From: Octopus sinensis
Lineage: Eukaryota
Length of the DNA: 64,000 nt
Assembly (NCBI RefSeq): GCF_006345805.1
Contig: NC_043004.1
Span: 35,588,001-35,652,000, forward strand
Direction: 5' to 3'
This document shows positions 39,118 to 50,874 of this stretch, piece after piece (positions within the stretch are counted from its first letter, which is position 1; every line of letters starts with the position of its first letter). The position numbers and the translations under genes were made by a program. Under the pieces are notes generated by a model, which saw only the letters and a list, made by a program, of their open reading frames with translations, was not told the origin of the DNA and did no database searches.

Positions 39118-41438
39118 CTCTAAGGAAATGAACAGAAATGACCATGGCAGATTGCTGGACCCCTTAACCAATAGGATTAAACTAGGTTCTCTTGTATGGC
39201 ATTCAAGACAAAGTAGTGTGGCCTATTCCTTCATAAGTTTCTCTAACAATTGGAGTTGAACTACAAGCTAACATTCTTCAGGTGATATTGTTTACAATGG
39301 TGGATTGTTCCATCTCTATATGGTACCCATTTACTGCTTAGTAGACTGAGACGTTTGTGAGTAAAACCACAAGCACAGTGCAATGCCAACGAGAAATGAA
39401 TTCAGACCATCTGATCATTTGGCTGTTCAGACAGCATCCAATAAAATCACTTACCTAGGTTCTCAGAACATAACTAGATTATTTGAGAGTGGTTATTCCT
39501 TAAAGATTTGACACAAGCACCTCCACCGAAGAATGATAATAGATAATAAAAGACAATAAAAAGATGTTTCCAATGAAGGTATCAGTAACTCCAACATCCA
39601 ACGTCTTCTTTTATGACATTCCTTAAGACATGCTCTACTGCCCCACTGGAAATCTGCAACACTCAATCTAAACTTAGAATTCAGGGTTTTGATTTCTGAC
39701 TTCAAATGTACAAAAGACTTTATATAGCTGTTTCTGTTGGAAATCAAAACATGGAGCACCAACAAGGTCTTAGAGCTGTGTTACCCTAACCTCTTCAAAA
39801 CATTAAAAAGAAAGAAGGGAAAAAAAACCCACTTTAACATATCTATGAAAATGATATCCTTCTATATTCTTATTTGGCAGAAATTATGGTTGATAGATGT
39901 GTTATTACATAGTTTGAGGAGGTGGAACTTGCTTATTTTAACATTGTTGATTTTTCTTTTCTTTTCTTTCTTTCTTTCTTTCTTTTTTTTTTGCTTTGTT
40001 TAAATTTCTCCAGATTTCAATTTTGAAAGGAAAACCTTATAATAAACATCAATTCTTAATGAAATTAGCAGTCTGATTTATTGAATGATATGTTTCCGTT
40101 TTATTGTTTTTGTTTCTTTTTCATTTTGCTTTTGCTTTTCTGTTTAGCACCCTATATTGACTAATATGCAATTTAGACAAGTTTTTTTCTTTGTATGTGA
40201 CTCTATGTATTATATCCAAGTAGAAGTAAGATGATAATAAAATACCATCATCTCGACAAAACAAGATGTATGGCTGATTACTTGTTGGAAATGATATTTT
40301 ATTAGCAGAAATGTTTGAAATAATTACAAATGTCATAACAGGTTCTAATCAAATATTTTATATTTTTTATGTCATGTTGTTAGTGTATATATATATATCT
40401 TTTTTTACTTACTGTCTTTTTACTTCTAAATTAAGTAAAATCACAATGAACTGCAATATATCAGCAATATACGAAATTTACATTGCAGACATCATTTATT
40501 TGATCCAAAATTTTATGGTGTGGAACCAATTTAGCAATCTCAACTCTTTTCACTTGATTCAATGACTATAATATATTCAATTTCTAAATTGAGTTTTGGA
40601 AATAGTTTGGAGAAGTTCTTTATATTTTAGTGTTAGGAATAAACATGATACTATAAATTATTGGTGCTAAACCGCTAAGAGCTAATTTTTACAAGATAAA
40701 TTCATTTATTAGCTATTTCCAGACTGATACACTTGCCTGAAACAAGAACCAGGATGTAATCAGATTATTAGCAGAGGCACTCATCTCAAGAATAAATCAT
40801 TTGAAATGCAAGCTGGTGTCTTGACTTCAAAACCATTCCTTACAGTATTGCATAGTTGTAGTTGATCAAGTCTAATGCTAAATGCAGTAATACTCTTTTA
40901 CTGTTGTTGTAAAGTAGCAATTCTTGTATGAAGTCCATCTAGTGTTTGTGAATGGATAAGAATGTCATGTGGAAAGCAGAGTAACTTTCTCATTAACAAC
41001 GGTTGCAAGAGTGAGAGAGTTTATTTATACATTGTATTGTTTGCTAGTCATGCTTAATAGCAATAGATTTTTATTCTTGAGATGAGAAGTAATTTATATG
41101 TTATTACTATAATGGTAGGTGTTGTTCCTAAATGACATTCTTTTAGATGGAAGCTTTTAGCTGTTCCTAAAAGCTTCCATAACAATGTCAGCAATGGATA
41201 TGGAGATATGTAAAAGTTGGAAGGACTTCAGCATACCAATGTACTCCTTACTATGTAGGCATAGAAAAGCTACTTTAAAGTAAGCCAACAAATGATATTA
41301 TCATATTTGAAGGTGGCTACAATGGCTACAACAAACTACAGGGTATATACAAATGACGAGGGACAATGTATTAAGTGTTCTGTTTGTAACAAAGTGGATC
41401 TGGGTTTGAGCTAACTGCAGGGTACACTGGGTAAATGA

Positions 41439-41477
<39 letters not shown>

Positions 41478-41989
41478 GATATACAGACATGCATGCATTC
41501 ATATACATACATTCTAGCCTGTTCAGAGTTTCACGTTCCCATTCATCTGACAGTTTAGACTAAGAAATACTGTTTACATACGAGCATATATATATATATT
41601 GATTTATAAAATATAAATGAGTAACAGTAGAGGTACGGGTGTCAATCCATTATGGCCATTTCTAACGACTCCTTTAATTGATTAATGAAAACATTTACAT
41701 TATTGTAAAGACACTGTTTTCATCTGATGAATTCCTGAACTTCAAAATAACGGACATTCGGAACGACTTAACATAGTTTAAAATCCATGAAGCAGGAACA
41801 TTTACAGTGATTCTCCGACTATTTCAGTTAGCAGAATGGATTTTCCAAAATAAGGTTTATTTGACGAGGACAGAGAAATTTAGGGGTTAGTAGAGTTTAT
41901 AGGATAATTGACTCCAGTGACCCAGTTAGTTATACTTCTAACAAGACAGGAGGGTGTGACTCCAACAGTCTAGATGTATCTATTAAGGA

Positions 41990-42420
41990 GTTGTTTAATG
42001 TCTATTGGTCAGTAGTAAGAAAATGATTCGTGGTCAGGTCAACTCACTAGACAATACTTTTCATACAGTCTCCAGTGAACTAACTTACCATGCCTCCTTT
42101 TGTTGTGCTTTTCGGCCAGCTTGCTATAGTCACTCACAACATGTAAGATTGCTTCATTTTTGCTGCCACACATCCTACAAAGGGGCGATTTGCTGCTCTT
42201 GTCTATCGGGGAGTTGGTGTAATTAGTTCTCGGAGCTTGTTCCTGGGCATGGCATATCAATGCCTCAGTGCATCCTTTCAGATCTTTTTTTCTGAACCAC
42301 CTCCAGGTGTTGTTGGTCTTCTCTTTCCTTTTTGATGTCTCTGAGGTATTGCCCATGCATTGTTTTCATTTTCCAATTGTTTATTCTTTGTTCTTTATCA
42401 ATGCTTCTTAAGTGTTTTGG
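41990..42420 (-). mobile_element. Dong/R4-like RLE retrotransposon fragment (CCHC zinc-knuckle region)
   Basis: ORF 42039-42356: TEALICHAQEQAPRTNY...PLCRMCGSKNEAILHVVS...RRHGKLVHWRL. Confidence 0.85.
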
Positions 42421-42609
42421 GGTGCATCAGATTTTCAGTAGGTACTATTACTTTTATCACTGTCATTTACTTTTAATCAGCCAGGGTACACTCGGTACTC
42501 TAGGGCAAACTAAGTTTAAGAGATGCTGAAATATAACTGAAAGTTTGGCAAGGAGAAGTGGCAGGGGCAATAGAAAAAAGCCTCCATATAACACAATACA
42601 AACATTCAA

Positions 42610-42975
42610 ATTAATGGGGTTTTTCTAAGGATATGAGCAGTGCTTGTCAACATAATCATCTGGATTTCCTTGAGTCATGGTTCTCCTGGGATGTTGCCTA
42701 AATGTTTCTGACATCTCTTATATTTACTTAATTTGTCAAATTCCTTTACAGATATACTTTCATCAGTAAGAACACTTATATGTTTTAGTCTACAAGTATT
42801 TCCTTCCCTGTCTTTCATAATTATGTCTGGTCAATTAGCCCGGATTGTTCTGTCAGTGTTGACAGGAAAATTCCAGAGGATGGCAGCATTTTTACCTTCA
42901 ACAATTAGCTCAGGGTGATGCACATACCTGTTAGCAGGAGTGCTGATTTTGTAGTGCTTCCATATTTTCCAATGT
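42610..42975 (-). mobile_element. Dong/R4-like RLE fragment (endonuclease region)
   Basis: HHPELIVEGKNAAILWNFPVNTDRTIRAN*PDIIMKD...KLSKYK...EIQMIMLTSTAHILRK. Confidence 0.8.
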
Positions 42976-44169
42976 AAAATAATAATTGAAGAATACAGTG
43001 AACAGTCAAGAGAAGATAATGCCTCAAACACTCAAATACATCATTTAGAAGACAGCAACAGTAACAATAACAACAATCACTAGAACACTTCTTCCATGAT
43101 TCCAAATGCTGCAGTCTGTTTAGATGATAATTGTGTGAAGACAAACCTTTGTCCCACCACTGTGACAATAAGCATGGAAGTACCTCCTCACACCCACTTG
43201 TGTTAAAAGGTCTGTAAAGGGGCAGGAACAGAGCAGTTCCTTCCTGTGTAAAGGATAAAACATAAATTTTCCTTTATTCTCCCATGTTTTTATTGTAGAT
43301 AATTACAATTCATTTTAAAGGGTAACTCATTAATTCTTAGCATTTTAAGGAAGTAATTCATTTATCTAATTTCTCATATGCTTAATGAATCATCCCGGGG
43401 ACAGATGATTGTTAGACAAAAAAATTACCATTTTTGTGAAGTACTACAATATCCCAATCAGGTCTTAAGAGGTGTTTAAATCGATGGCTTCAACAATAAT
43501 GACTGCCAAACTAACTTTAAGATCAATACAGGGATAACCTAACAATACATATTTTACCAAAAATATAGAATTATCCAAAATAAATTTCTAAAAACAGGAA
43601 AATATTGTCTAGGATAATGTATTCATTCTTGAATGCTATCATATTTGTATCATAGATTTTATGATTGAAGAAATCTTTGAGTTGCCACTCCACCCACACC
43701 CACTAACAGACAACAACTATAACCACTGCTACTACTATGACTCTTGCACAACTACTATTACAGTGCCATGACTATTGAAGCCATTATCACCGGAATTACA
43801 AGACTAACCATGGCTGACTTCTACTATTATCATCACTACCAGCCAATAAGGGCAGAGTCTATGTGGTATTCGTCCTGCTAGAAATAGCAACTAAATCTCA
43901 ATACTCTGCCCATGTCATATAAAGACTACATTAAATAATTGCTTCTAATTAAGACACAAGGTCAGTTATTTTCAAGAGATGAAGTTAGTTGATCCCACTG
44001 ACCCAAATACTTGACCAGTGCCATATTCTATTAATCTAAAATGGATTACAAGTGAAACTGACCATACCAGGATTTGATCTCTGTACATAAAGAGCTTGCC
44101 GTCTTGCCAAGTGTGATGAGAGAGGCAAATGCTTGAACCTTTGGTAGAGGAGCTCAAACAATGGGAGAA

Positions 44170-44830
44170 AATGGAGAGAATTGGCAGGTGAGTCAGTTGT
44201 TTGCTGATGATACAGCACTGGTGGCAGATGCGGAAGAGCAACTGAGGAGACTGGTGGTAGAGTTTGGAAGAGATGCGTGAGAGGAGGAAACTGAAAGTGA
44301 AAGTAGCTAAGAGTAAGGTAATGAAGATGTTTGAGAGATGGAATGTGTTTGAGATGAGATGTCTGAGAGCTGTAGCTGGTGTGACACAGATGGACAGGAT
44401 GAGGAATGAAGAGGTGTGAAGACAAGCAGAAATGAGAACAAAACTAACAACCAAATTGGATAGACAAATGTTGAGGTGGTTTGGCCACATAGAGACGATG
44501 GATGAGGAGCAGTGATGAAGGCCAAAGTGGTAGGCAGCAGAACTAGAGGCAGACCTTGGTTTGTGCGAATGGATGGAGTGAGGAAAGCTTTGGTGGTTAG
44601 AGGTGTTTATAAATGATAGGAAAGCTTGAAGAGTGTTTGTGGACGGATGAGTGAATTTTGATGCTGTTCAAAGGGGTATGAAATGAGCATGATGCGGTGG
44701 GGGTAAACCAGCATATGCTGTCAGGCCCCATTGCTGATATTGGGGGTTGCGTTCTATGCCTTGACCCGAGCATAGGACAGGGATCGCACCTTTGAGCTGA
44801 GAAATGAATGGAATGTCTGGTGTGTGTCTT
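44170..44830 (+). mobile_element. RTE LINE fragment (RT YADD-equivalent motif to C-terminus)
   Basis: QLFADDTALVADAEEQLRRLVVEFG...KLKVKVAKSKVM; FEMRCLRAVAGVTQMDRMRNEEV; LRWFGHIETMDEE. Confidence 0.85.
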
Positions 44831-44904
44831 GTTGTGGCAACCATCACCTAAAACAAATGGGGAATAGGTCTGGGTATAGACATAAAGAGCCCAAACAAAT
44901 ACTG

Positions 44905-45272
44905 CGAGGCATTTTTTATCGATCCTAAAAGGATGAAAAGCAAAGTTGACCTTGGCAGAATTTGAACTCAGAAAATAAAGAAGAACAAAATGTCACTAAT
45001 CATTTTGCCTGGTTTGCTAATGATTCAACTGACTCACTGCCTTAGAATTGGACCAAAATATTGGTTTGAAATTGTGGCACAAGGCCAGCAATTCCAGGGT
45101 AGAGAGACTGCGTCAGTATCATCAACCCCCAGCACTCAACTGATACATTTTTTATCAACCCCACAAGGATGAAAGGCAAGGTTGACCTTGGCAGAATTTG
45201 AATTCAGAATGGATGAAATGCCATTAATTATTTTTGCCTGGTGTGCCAAGAATTCTGTCAGCTCACTGTCTT
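44905..45272 (-). mobile_element. Two tandem family A SINE copies
   Basis: ggatgaaa(a/g)gcaa(a/g)gttgaccttggcagaatttgaa(c/t)tcagaa at about 44930 and 45168. Confidence 0.75.
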
Positions 45273-45544
45273 TAGACTACATTAAATAAAGCAGTTTATA
45301 TTATCCTAACTGGATGAGGTGGTCATAACTGGGAATATATTTGATCATGTTTCTATTAAATCGCAGTAGACCAACAGCTAAATAACAACTGTTATCATTA
45401 TTCAGTTGGCCTGGTAGAAATAGCAGCTAAATCTACTTCAAAACCTACCCTACTATCTTAATAAAAGGAAGATTCAGTGGATAAGACATTTCTAAATACA
45501 TTATTTACATTTGATGGATATTTGTCCTCATCTTGTTTGCCGTT

Positions 45545-45591
45545 AACACAATGTTTCAGCTGATATATCCTCCAGCCTTCATTAGGTGTCT
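45545..45591 (-). ncRNA. Decayed hammerhead motif (minus-strand arm)
   Basis: Reverse complement agacac-CTAATGA-a-ggctg-gaggatatat-cagct-GAAAC-att-gtgtt. The core G is changed to A. Confidence 0.45.
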
Positions 45592-45728
45592 TGGGGAAAT
45601 TTTGAACCTGGGTTCTCATTCCTAAGGTAATTTTCGATGTTATTATATTATTATTATTATTATCATTATTATTATTATAGAATTGAACTTGAAATCTTGG
45701 GGTTAGTAGCCCGTGCTCTTAACCATGG

Positions 45729-45800
45729 ACATATGGCGTAGTGGTTAAGAGTGCGAGCTACTAACCCCAAGATTCCAAGTTTGATTCCAGGCAGTGACCT
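45729..45800 (+). promoter_or_regulatory. tRNA-derived Pol III promoter-like head (not a functional tRNA)
   Basis: A-box-like tggcgtagtgg, anticodon-arm-like gagct-actaa-c, B-box-like agtttgattcc. No clean acceptor stem. Confidence 0.55.
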
Positions 45801-45893
45801 GAACAATGACTATGACAACACCAACACCGATGACATCATCGACGATGACGAAAAATACCTTAGGAATGAGAACCCAGGTTTGAAATTTCTCCA

Positions 45894-45940
45894 AGACACC
45901 TGATGAAGGCTGAAGGGTGTATCAGCAGAAACGTTGTGTT
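45894..45940 (+). ncRNA. Minimal hammerhead ribozyme motif
   Basis: agacac-CTGATGA-a-ggctg-aagggtgtat-cagca-GAAAC-GTT-gtgtt. The palindromic AACGTT helix III suits dimeric folding. One stem II mismatch. Confidence 0.65.
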
Positions 45941-46534
45941 AACAACAAATAAGATGAGGACAAATATCCATCAAATGTAAATAATGTAAATAATGTACAT
46001 AATTTCTCATCTCTTAAATATAGAACTGTATTTCTAAATACACTTTAAAAAATAAGGCAAGTTGGTCATGGCTGGAGTGCATCACTACAGGTTTGTTTTA
46101 TTAAAGCTGAGCTGACACATTCATACAACAACAGCAACAACAACACTGATGTGAAACGATTTCTTGTTTGCTTAATGAAGAATATAAGGAATTACTTTAA
46201 GAATTTACTTTTACTGGTTTCAGGTTCTGTTTGTGGCCATGCTGGAGCTGTCTTGATCGGATTAGTCAATCAAATTAAATTTGATACTTATTACATTGGT
46301 CTACTTTGTGTCAAACTGCCAAAATATGAAGCAATCTATAAACCTCTTGAAAAATCTCCTTGTCCTCTCAGGTGGAAACAAATTATCAGTGTGACCACTA
46401 TTAATGTCAGCTTCTTTAAAGTTGGTCTGGTGAGACTGTAGAGGTGCTAGAATGGAGCTATGTAGATGTGGGCTGTGTACTAGAGATAAGATGACAGAGA
46501 GCCACAACCCAATTGCACATGGACAAAGTACATA

Positions 46535-46969
46535 CAGGTATTTGTCGACTTACAACCATAAATCAATTTGGTCCTAAGTTGGCCTATAGGCTTACATAGC
46601 TTTGTTTTATATTTTTACATTCTTAAGGTACACTTTCAGGTAAAAGTCACACAAAGCATACTGTTTTTATACTATTATACTGGCGTTAGTAAAAGATTTT
46701 GGCGTCTCAAGCAGTCGTCTTATAAACAAATACGAGGTGGCCTCTATGTCTCTGCAACAGGATAGTCATCCAACACAGTGGCGATTGATAACCAAACCTA
46801 GGGGAAGCATTTGTTAGCTGACATCATCCGTAGATGGGTTAATTTCAAAGAAATTAAACCCATTAGATTTCAACTGGATTATTTATTATGGCTGCCGGAA
46901 GCTGGTGTGCCAATCATCATAAAGTCAATCGGTCGTAAGTTGGATAGATCGTAAGTCAACAACAACCTG
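46535..46969. mobile_element. Tigger/pogo-like MITE
   Basis: ta|caggtatttgtcgacttacaacc ... cgtaagtcaacaacaacctg|ta: imperfect TIRs with TA duplication. Confidence 0.7.
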
Positions 46970-46974
46970 TACAT

Positions 46975-47470
46975 ACGAATCCTTGTGAGTGGTGAGTAAC
47001 TGCATTGGGAAATGTCAGTGGATATCCTGACATTCAGGGAACTGTGAAGGGAATGGTAACAGCACAGTTGCCCTCATTTGGGTGGTAGAAGGGAAAGTCA
47101 TACCTAATGACTGGAGTAGCAATATCATCACCATCTGGTACAAGAGCAAAGGTGTTCCCAGAAGAAGCACTGAAATAATAGACCAAGTTATGAAAGTAAC
47201 AAATTTATAGCATAGTTGATTAGGAAGAGAATTAGATTACATGAGATGCAGTTTGAATGTGTTCCAGGATGAGGGGTTCACTAAAGTCCTCTTTCTAGTG
47301 GGGTAACTTTAGGGGTAATTTTTAGCTAAGAGCAAACCACTATATAAGATGTAAAAGAATGGTTTGTAAGAGGCGTACAAGCTATGTGGAGAGATGTAGT
47401 CAGCAAGCTGAGAGAGCAATGATTTGCAAGATGTCTACCAGAGTTTGATTCTCAACCATATTCTGTTGGA
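46975..47470 (+). mobile_element. Decayed RTE LINE RT fragment (5' part)
   Basis: EGKVIPNDWSSNIITIWYKSKG, IDQVMKV, IRLHEMQF-like motifs. Confidence 0.7.
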
Positions 47471-47492
47471 ATTTCTGTTTGCTAATGGCCTA

Positions 47493-48753
47493 TCAAGCTC
47501 AGTTAAAAGTAAGCAATGTTTTGAAACATGAAATTCATCGAAATATATTTCAACAATGCAGAAATTTCATCAGAGTAAGTATCATTACAATCAATACATC
47601 TTTGCCAATCAATTACAAGTTTGTTTATTCTGGTAAAATAAATATCTGGAGTTCTGGAGTTGATGAACTCTTTGAATGCACTTTCAGCATCAGTTTGATT
47701 TTTAAACTCCTTCTCTTGCAGGAAACCATCAAAGTGGTAGTCATTAGGAGAAAGGTCTTGGGAATAAGCTGAGTGGGTAAGAACTTCATAGTCAAATTTC
47801 TTCAATTTCTGGAGCATCATTAATGAAATGTGTGGTCAAGCATTGTCATAAAGAATGATCGGCCCTCTTCTATTGACCAGTCTGAGAGAGACGAGTAGCA
47901 GTTTTTTGTTCATTTTAGAAATTTCATGGCAATATGTTTCTGCAGCAATGGTTTTACCAGCTTTTAAGAAGTTATAGGGGTTGAGTCCAGCAGTACACCA
48001 CCAAAGAGTCATTGTAACCTTTTTTTTTTTTTTGAAGAGCTCAGGTTTAGGGAAGGTTTTTGGTGCTTCATTTTTGTCCAACCACTGCAAAGAAAGTTTT
48101 TCATTATTGTACAGAATCCACTTTTCATTGCAAGTTACAATACGGTCAAGAAATGGATCAGTCTGGTTATGGAGAAGAAGCAACGAGCAAACTTCATATC
48201 TGCGCATTTTCTGATTTTCATTCAAATCGTGTGGTACCCGTTTCTAGAGCTTATATTTTCCAATCACATGCAAATGTTTGAAGGCAGTTTACTGGCTAAC
48301 ATGAAGTTCTTTTGCCAGTTGTGAGTGGTTTTACATGGATCTTTCTCAATGACAGTCTTTAACTGACTTTCATCAATGACAGATGAACGTCCACTATGCT
48401 CACGATCTTCAAAGCTCAGATTTCCACTGCGAAATCATTTAAACCATTTTCGAGCTGACCACTCACTGGTCATTTCCTCACCAAATGTTTTGTTGATATT
48501 GTGAGCAATGGATTCATTTTTGAAGTTGAATAGTAAAATTGCTTGAATATTGCACTTTGATAGTTCCATTTCAGATGATTGTAACAACGGTGGGAAAAAA
48601 AAACAATGTTAATTTATTGATGCATTTGGACAAGTCTATGTCTGCATTATCAGACAATTGCAAAAAAATGTTTAAAAAAGATTCAAAACTCTGCAAAAAT
48701 CTGGTACAAATTCTTCATGGTTCAAAACATTGCTTACTTTTTACTCAACCTGA
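47493..48753 (-). mobile_element. Full-length decayed mariner (DD34D) transposon, 1261 bp
   Basis: TIRs TA|tcaagctcagttaaaagtaagcaatgttttgaa and, on the reverse strand, TA|tcaggttgagtaaaaagtaagcaatgttttgaa. ORFs: FLDRIVTCNEKWILY...ILYDNA (47836-48225) and EVLTHSAYSQDLSPNDYHF (47503-47820). Confidence 0.92.
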
Positions 48754-48949
48754 TAGTTCTCATACCTGAATCTATCAAAGAATCAAAGAAGATATTTCAA
48801 AGATGGATTCAAAGCCTACACTAAAGAAATTTGAAGGTAAATCTAGCAAACCAAAAAGTTTCAACTGGAGAAAGACAGAAAGAGGACATGTTTGATATGA
48901 CCCATTTGACAAAACATTTTTGATATGGCAACAAAAAGTTGATGGGAAC

Positions 48950-49275
48950 CAATACAAAGTACTAGAGTACTGGAAGCACAGAGAGAGATCACAAGCAAGT
49001 TAACAGAGAAGGGGTTTGTATGTAGCAGGCAAATGTACAGGAGAAGTTAACACTGAAAGCAACCATGGAATGAATACCTTCCAATATGCAGGAGTCACAC
49101 AAGAATTAGTAGACAATCTCTTGCTAAGCCAGGCGATTTAATTATCAGTGGAGATGGTTGTTCTGAAAGCTTTATAGCCAGAGTAACAGCAGGGTGAAAA
49201 AGTCAAAGGAGATATCTCTGCTGGTAAAAAAAATATTCTCTTTTCAAGTGGAGAGCAAATGCTATGAAGAATATC
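48950..49275 (+). mobile_element. Decayed RTE fragment (continuation after the mariner)
   Basis: GDLI-SGDGCSESFIARVTAG*KK...-like, corresponding to the RTE FxYLGD...ARxxxGWKKF region. Confidence 0.6.
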
Positions 49276-49379
49276 TACAAAGTATACTGCACCAGATGTG
49301 TAATATTAGTGAGAATTGAACATTGTGTATAAAGGGGAATCAAATTTAAAGGGCATGTATGTATATATATATATATATA

Positions 49380-49402
49380 TGTATACACACACACAGATAT
49401 AC

Positions 49403-49447
<45 letters not shown>

Positions 49448-49454
49448 GATATAC

Positions 49455-49488
<34 letters not shown>

Positions 49489-49512
49489 TACACACACAGA
49501 TATACATATGTG

Positions 49513-49551
<39 letters not shown>

Positions 49552-49558
49552 GATATAC

Positions 49559-49615
<57 letters not shown>

Positions 49616-49622
49616 GATATAC

Positions 49623-49663
<41 letters not shown>

Positions 49664-49677
49664 GATATACATATGTG

Positions 49678-49709
<32 letters not shown>

Positions 49710-49770
49710 GTATACACCACAGATATACATGTGTGTATATATATATTTATACACACACACATGTATGTAT
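49380..49770. repeat. Minisatellite: ~26-bp core tacacacacagatatacatatgtgta separated by variable (TA)n
   Basis: Six near-identical cores (about 49384, 49439, 49489, 49542, 49606, 49654) plus a degenerate one at about 49713. Confidence 0.9.
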
Positions 49771-49777
49771 ATATAGT

Positions 49778-50200
49778 AATAATGACAATAATCCTTGGAT
49801 GGAATTTATAAACATTCAATGCATCACTATGCACGTTTCCACTAATCACATGTGTCTTAAGATCACAGTTCTTATTCTATCAGTCGATCATCTTCATGGA
49901 TTCATTTCTTCAGGCGATATATCATTAATGGATGTTTAATTGGGATATATTTATATCTCAATCAATCTTCTCACTGGTAAAAAGGGATAAGCATCCCTCT
50001 GTTGAACATCCGTTAATGTTATATCACCTGAAGAAATGAATCCATGAAGATGACCAACCCGACACCCACAGATACTACAGACTAGACAGTAATCATCCCA
50101 GGAATACAGACTAGGATCTTAAGAGACATGTGGTTTGTGGAAACGTGCGTAGTGATGCATTAAAAGTTTATAAATTCCATCCAAGGATGATTGTTATTAT
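49778..50200. mobile_element. Foldback/MITE-like element with nested inverted arms
   Basis: 49778-49864 versus 50114-50200, and 49888-49940 versus 50002-50053, are diverged reverse complements. Confidence 0.7.
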
Positions 50201-50347
50201 CAAATTTATCCTACATTATATCGGTACAGCTCGAGGCAACCCTCAAAATTGGTCCACCAGTCAGCATCATTGAACTGTGGCCAGCATAAAGGAATGGGAG
50301 CTTTATTTGCATATTCAAAACGTTTCCCCGTAGACAAATTTAAAAGA

Positions 50348-50382
<35 letters not shown>

Positions 50383-50449
50383 CTACATGTGTGTATATAT
50401 ATATATGTATGTGTATATGTGTGTATATATGTATGTGTGTGTGTGTGTG

Positions 50450-50525
<76 letters not shown>

Positions 50526-50834
50526 TCCTGTATTAGCTGTATGATTAAGTAATACAGCCAATGTCTTTTATTATAGCGCCAGGTCAACAAATGGCTTGTA
50601 AAAGAATTTTGGAGTTAGAAACAGAGCAAAACCCATTGTATGTGAGTGTGTTTGTGTAATGGGCTTCTTTCAGTTTCTTTTTATGAAATTCACTTAAAAA
50701 GCTTTGGCCAGGCTGGGACTTTAGGAAAAAGGTTGCCCAAGGAAATATGCAGTGGGATTGAAGCTGGAACCATGTGGTTCAGAAGCAAACTTCTTACAAC
50801 ACAGCCATACATGGGCCTCTCTCTCCTCTCTCTC

Positions 50835-50874
<40 letters not shown>

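Larger units (their letters stand above)
45501..46030. mobile_element. Inverted dimer of [tRNA-like head + trinucleotide linker + Penelope-type 3' segment with hammerhead], with a 12-bp flanking direct repeat
   Basis: 45497-45628 is the reverse complement of 45857-45985, and both match 3017-3140. The centre 45681-45786 is a palindrome of a tRNA-like head. tttctaaataca occurs at 45489-45500 and 46031-46042. Confidence 0.8.

Noticed and set aside
45729-45800. Functional tRNA gene
   Set aside because: No proper acceptor stem, a degraded T-arm, and embedded in a repeated element. Treated as a SINE head.
49380-49770. CRISPR-like constant repeat with variable spacers
   Set aside because: The spacers are pure (TA)n.
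50110-50160. Possible hammerhead in the foldback arm (CTTAAGA...GAAACGTGCGTA)
   Set aside because: Both arms have CUUAAGA instead of CUGANGA, stem II is only about 3 bp, and I could not find a stem I.
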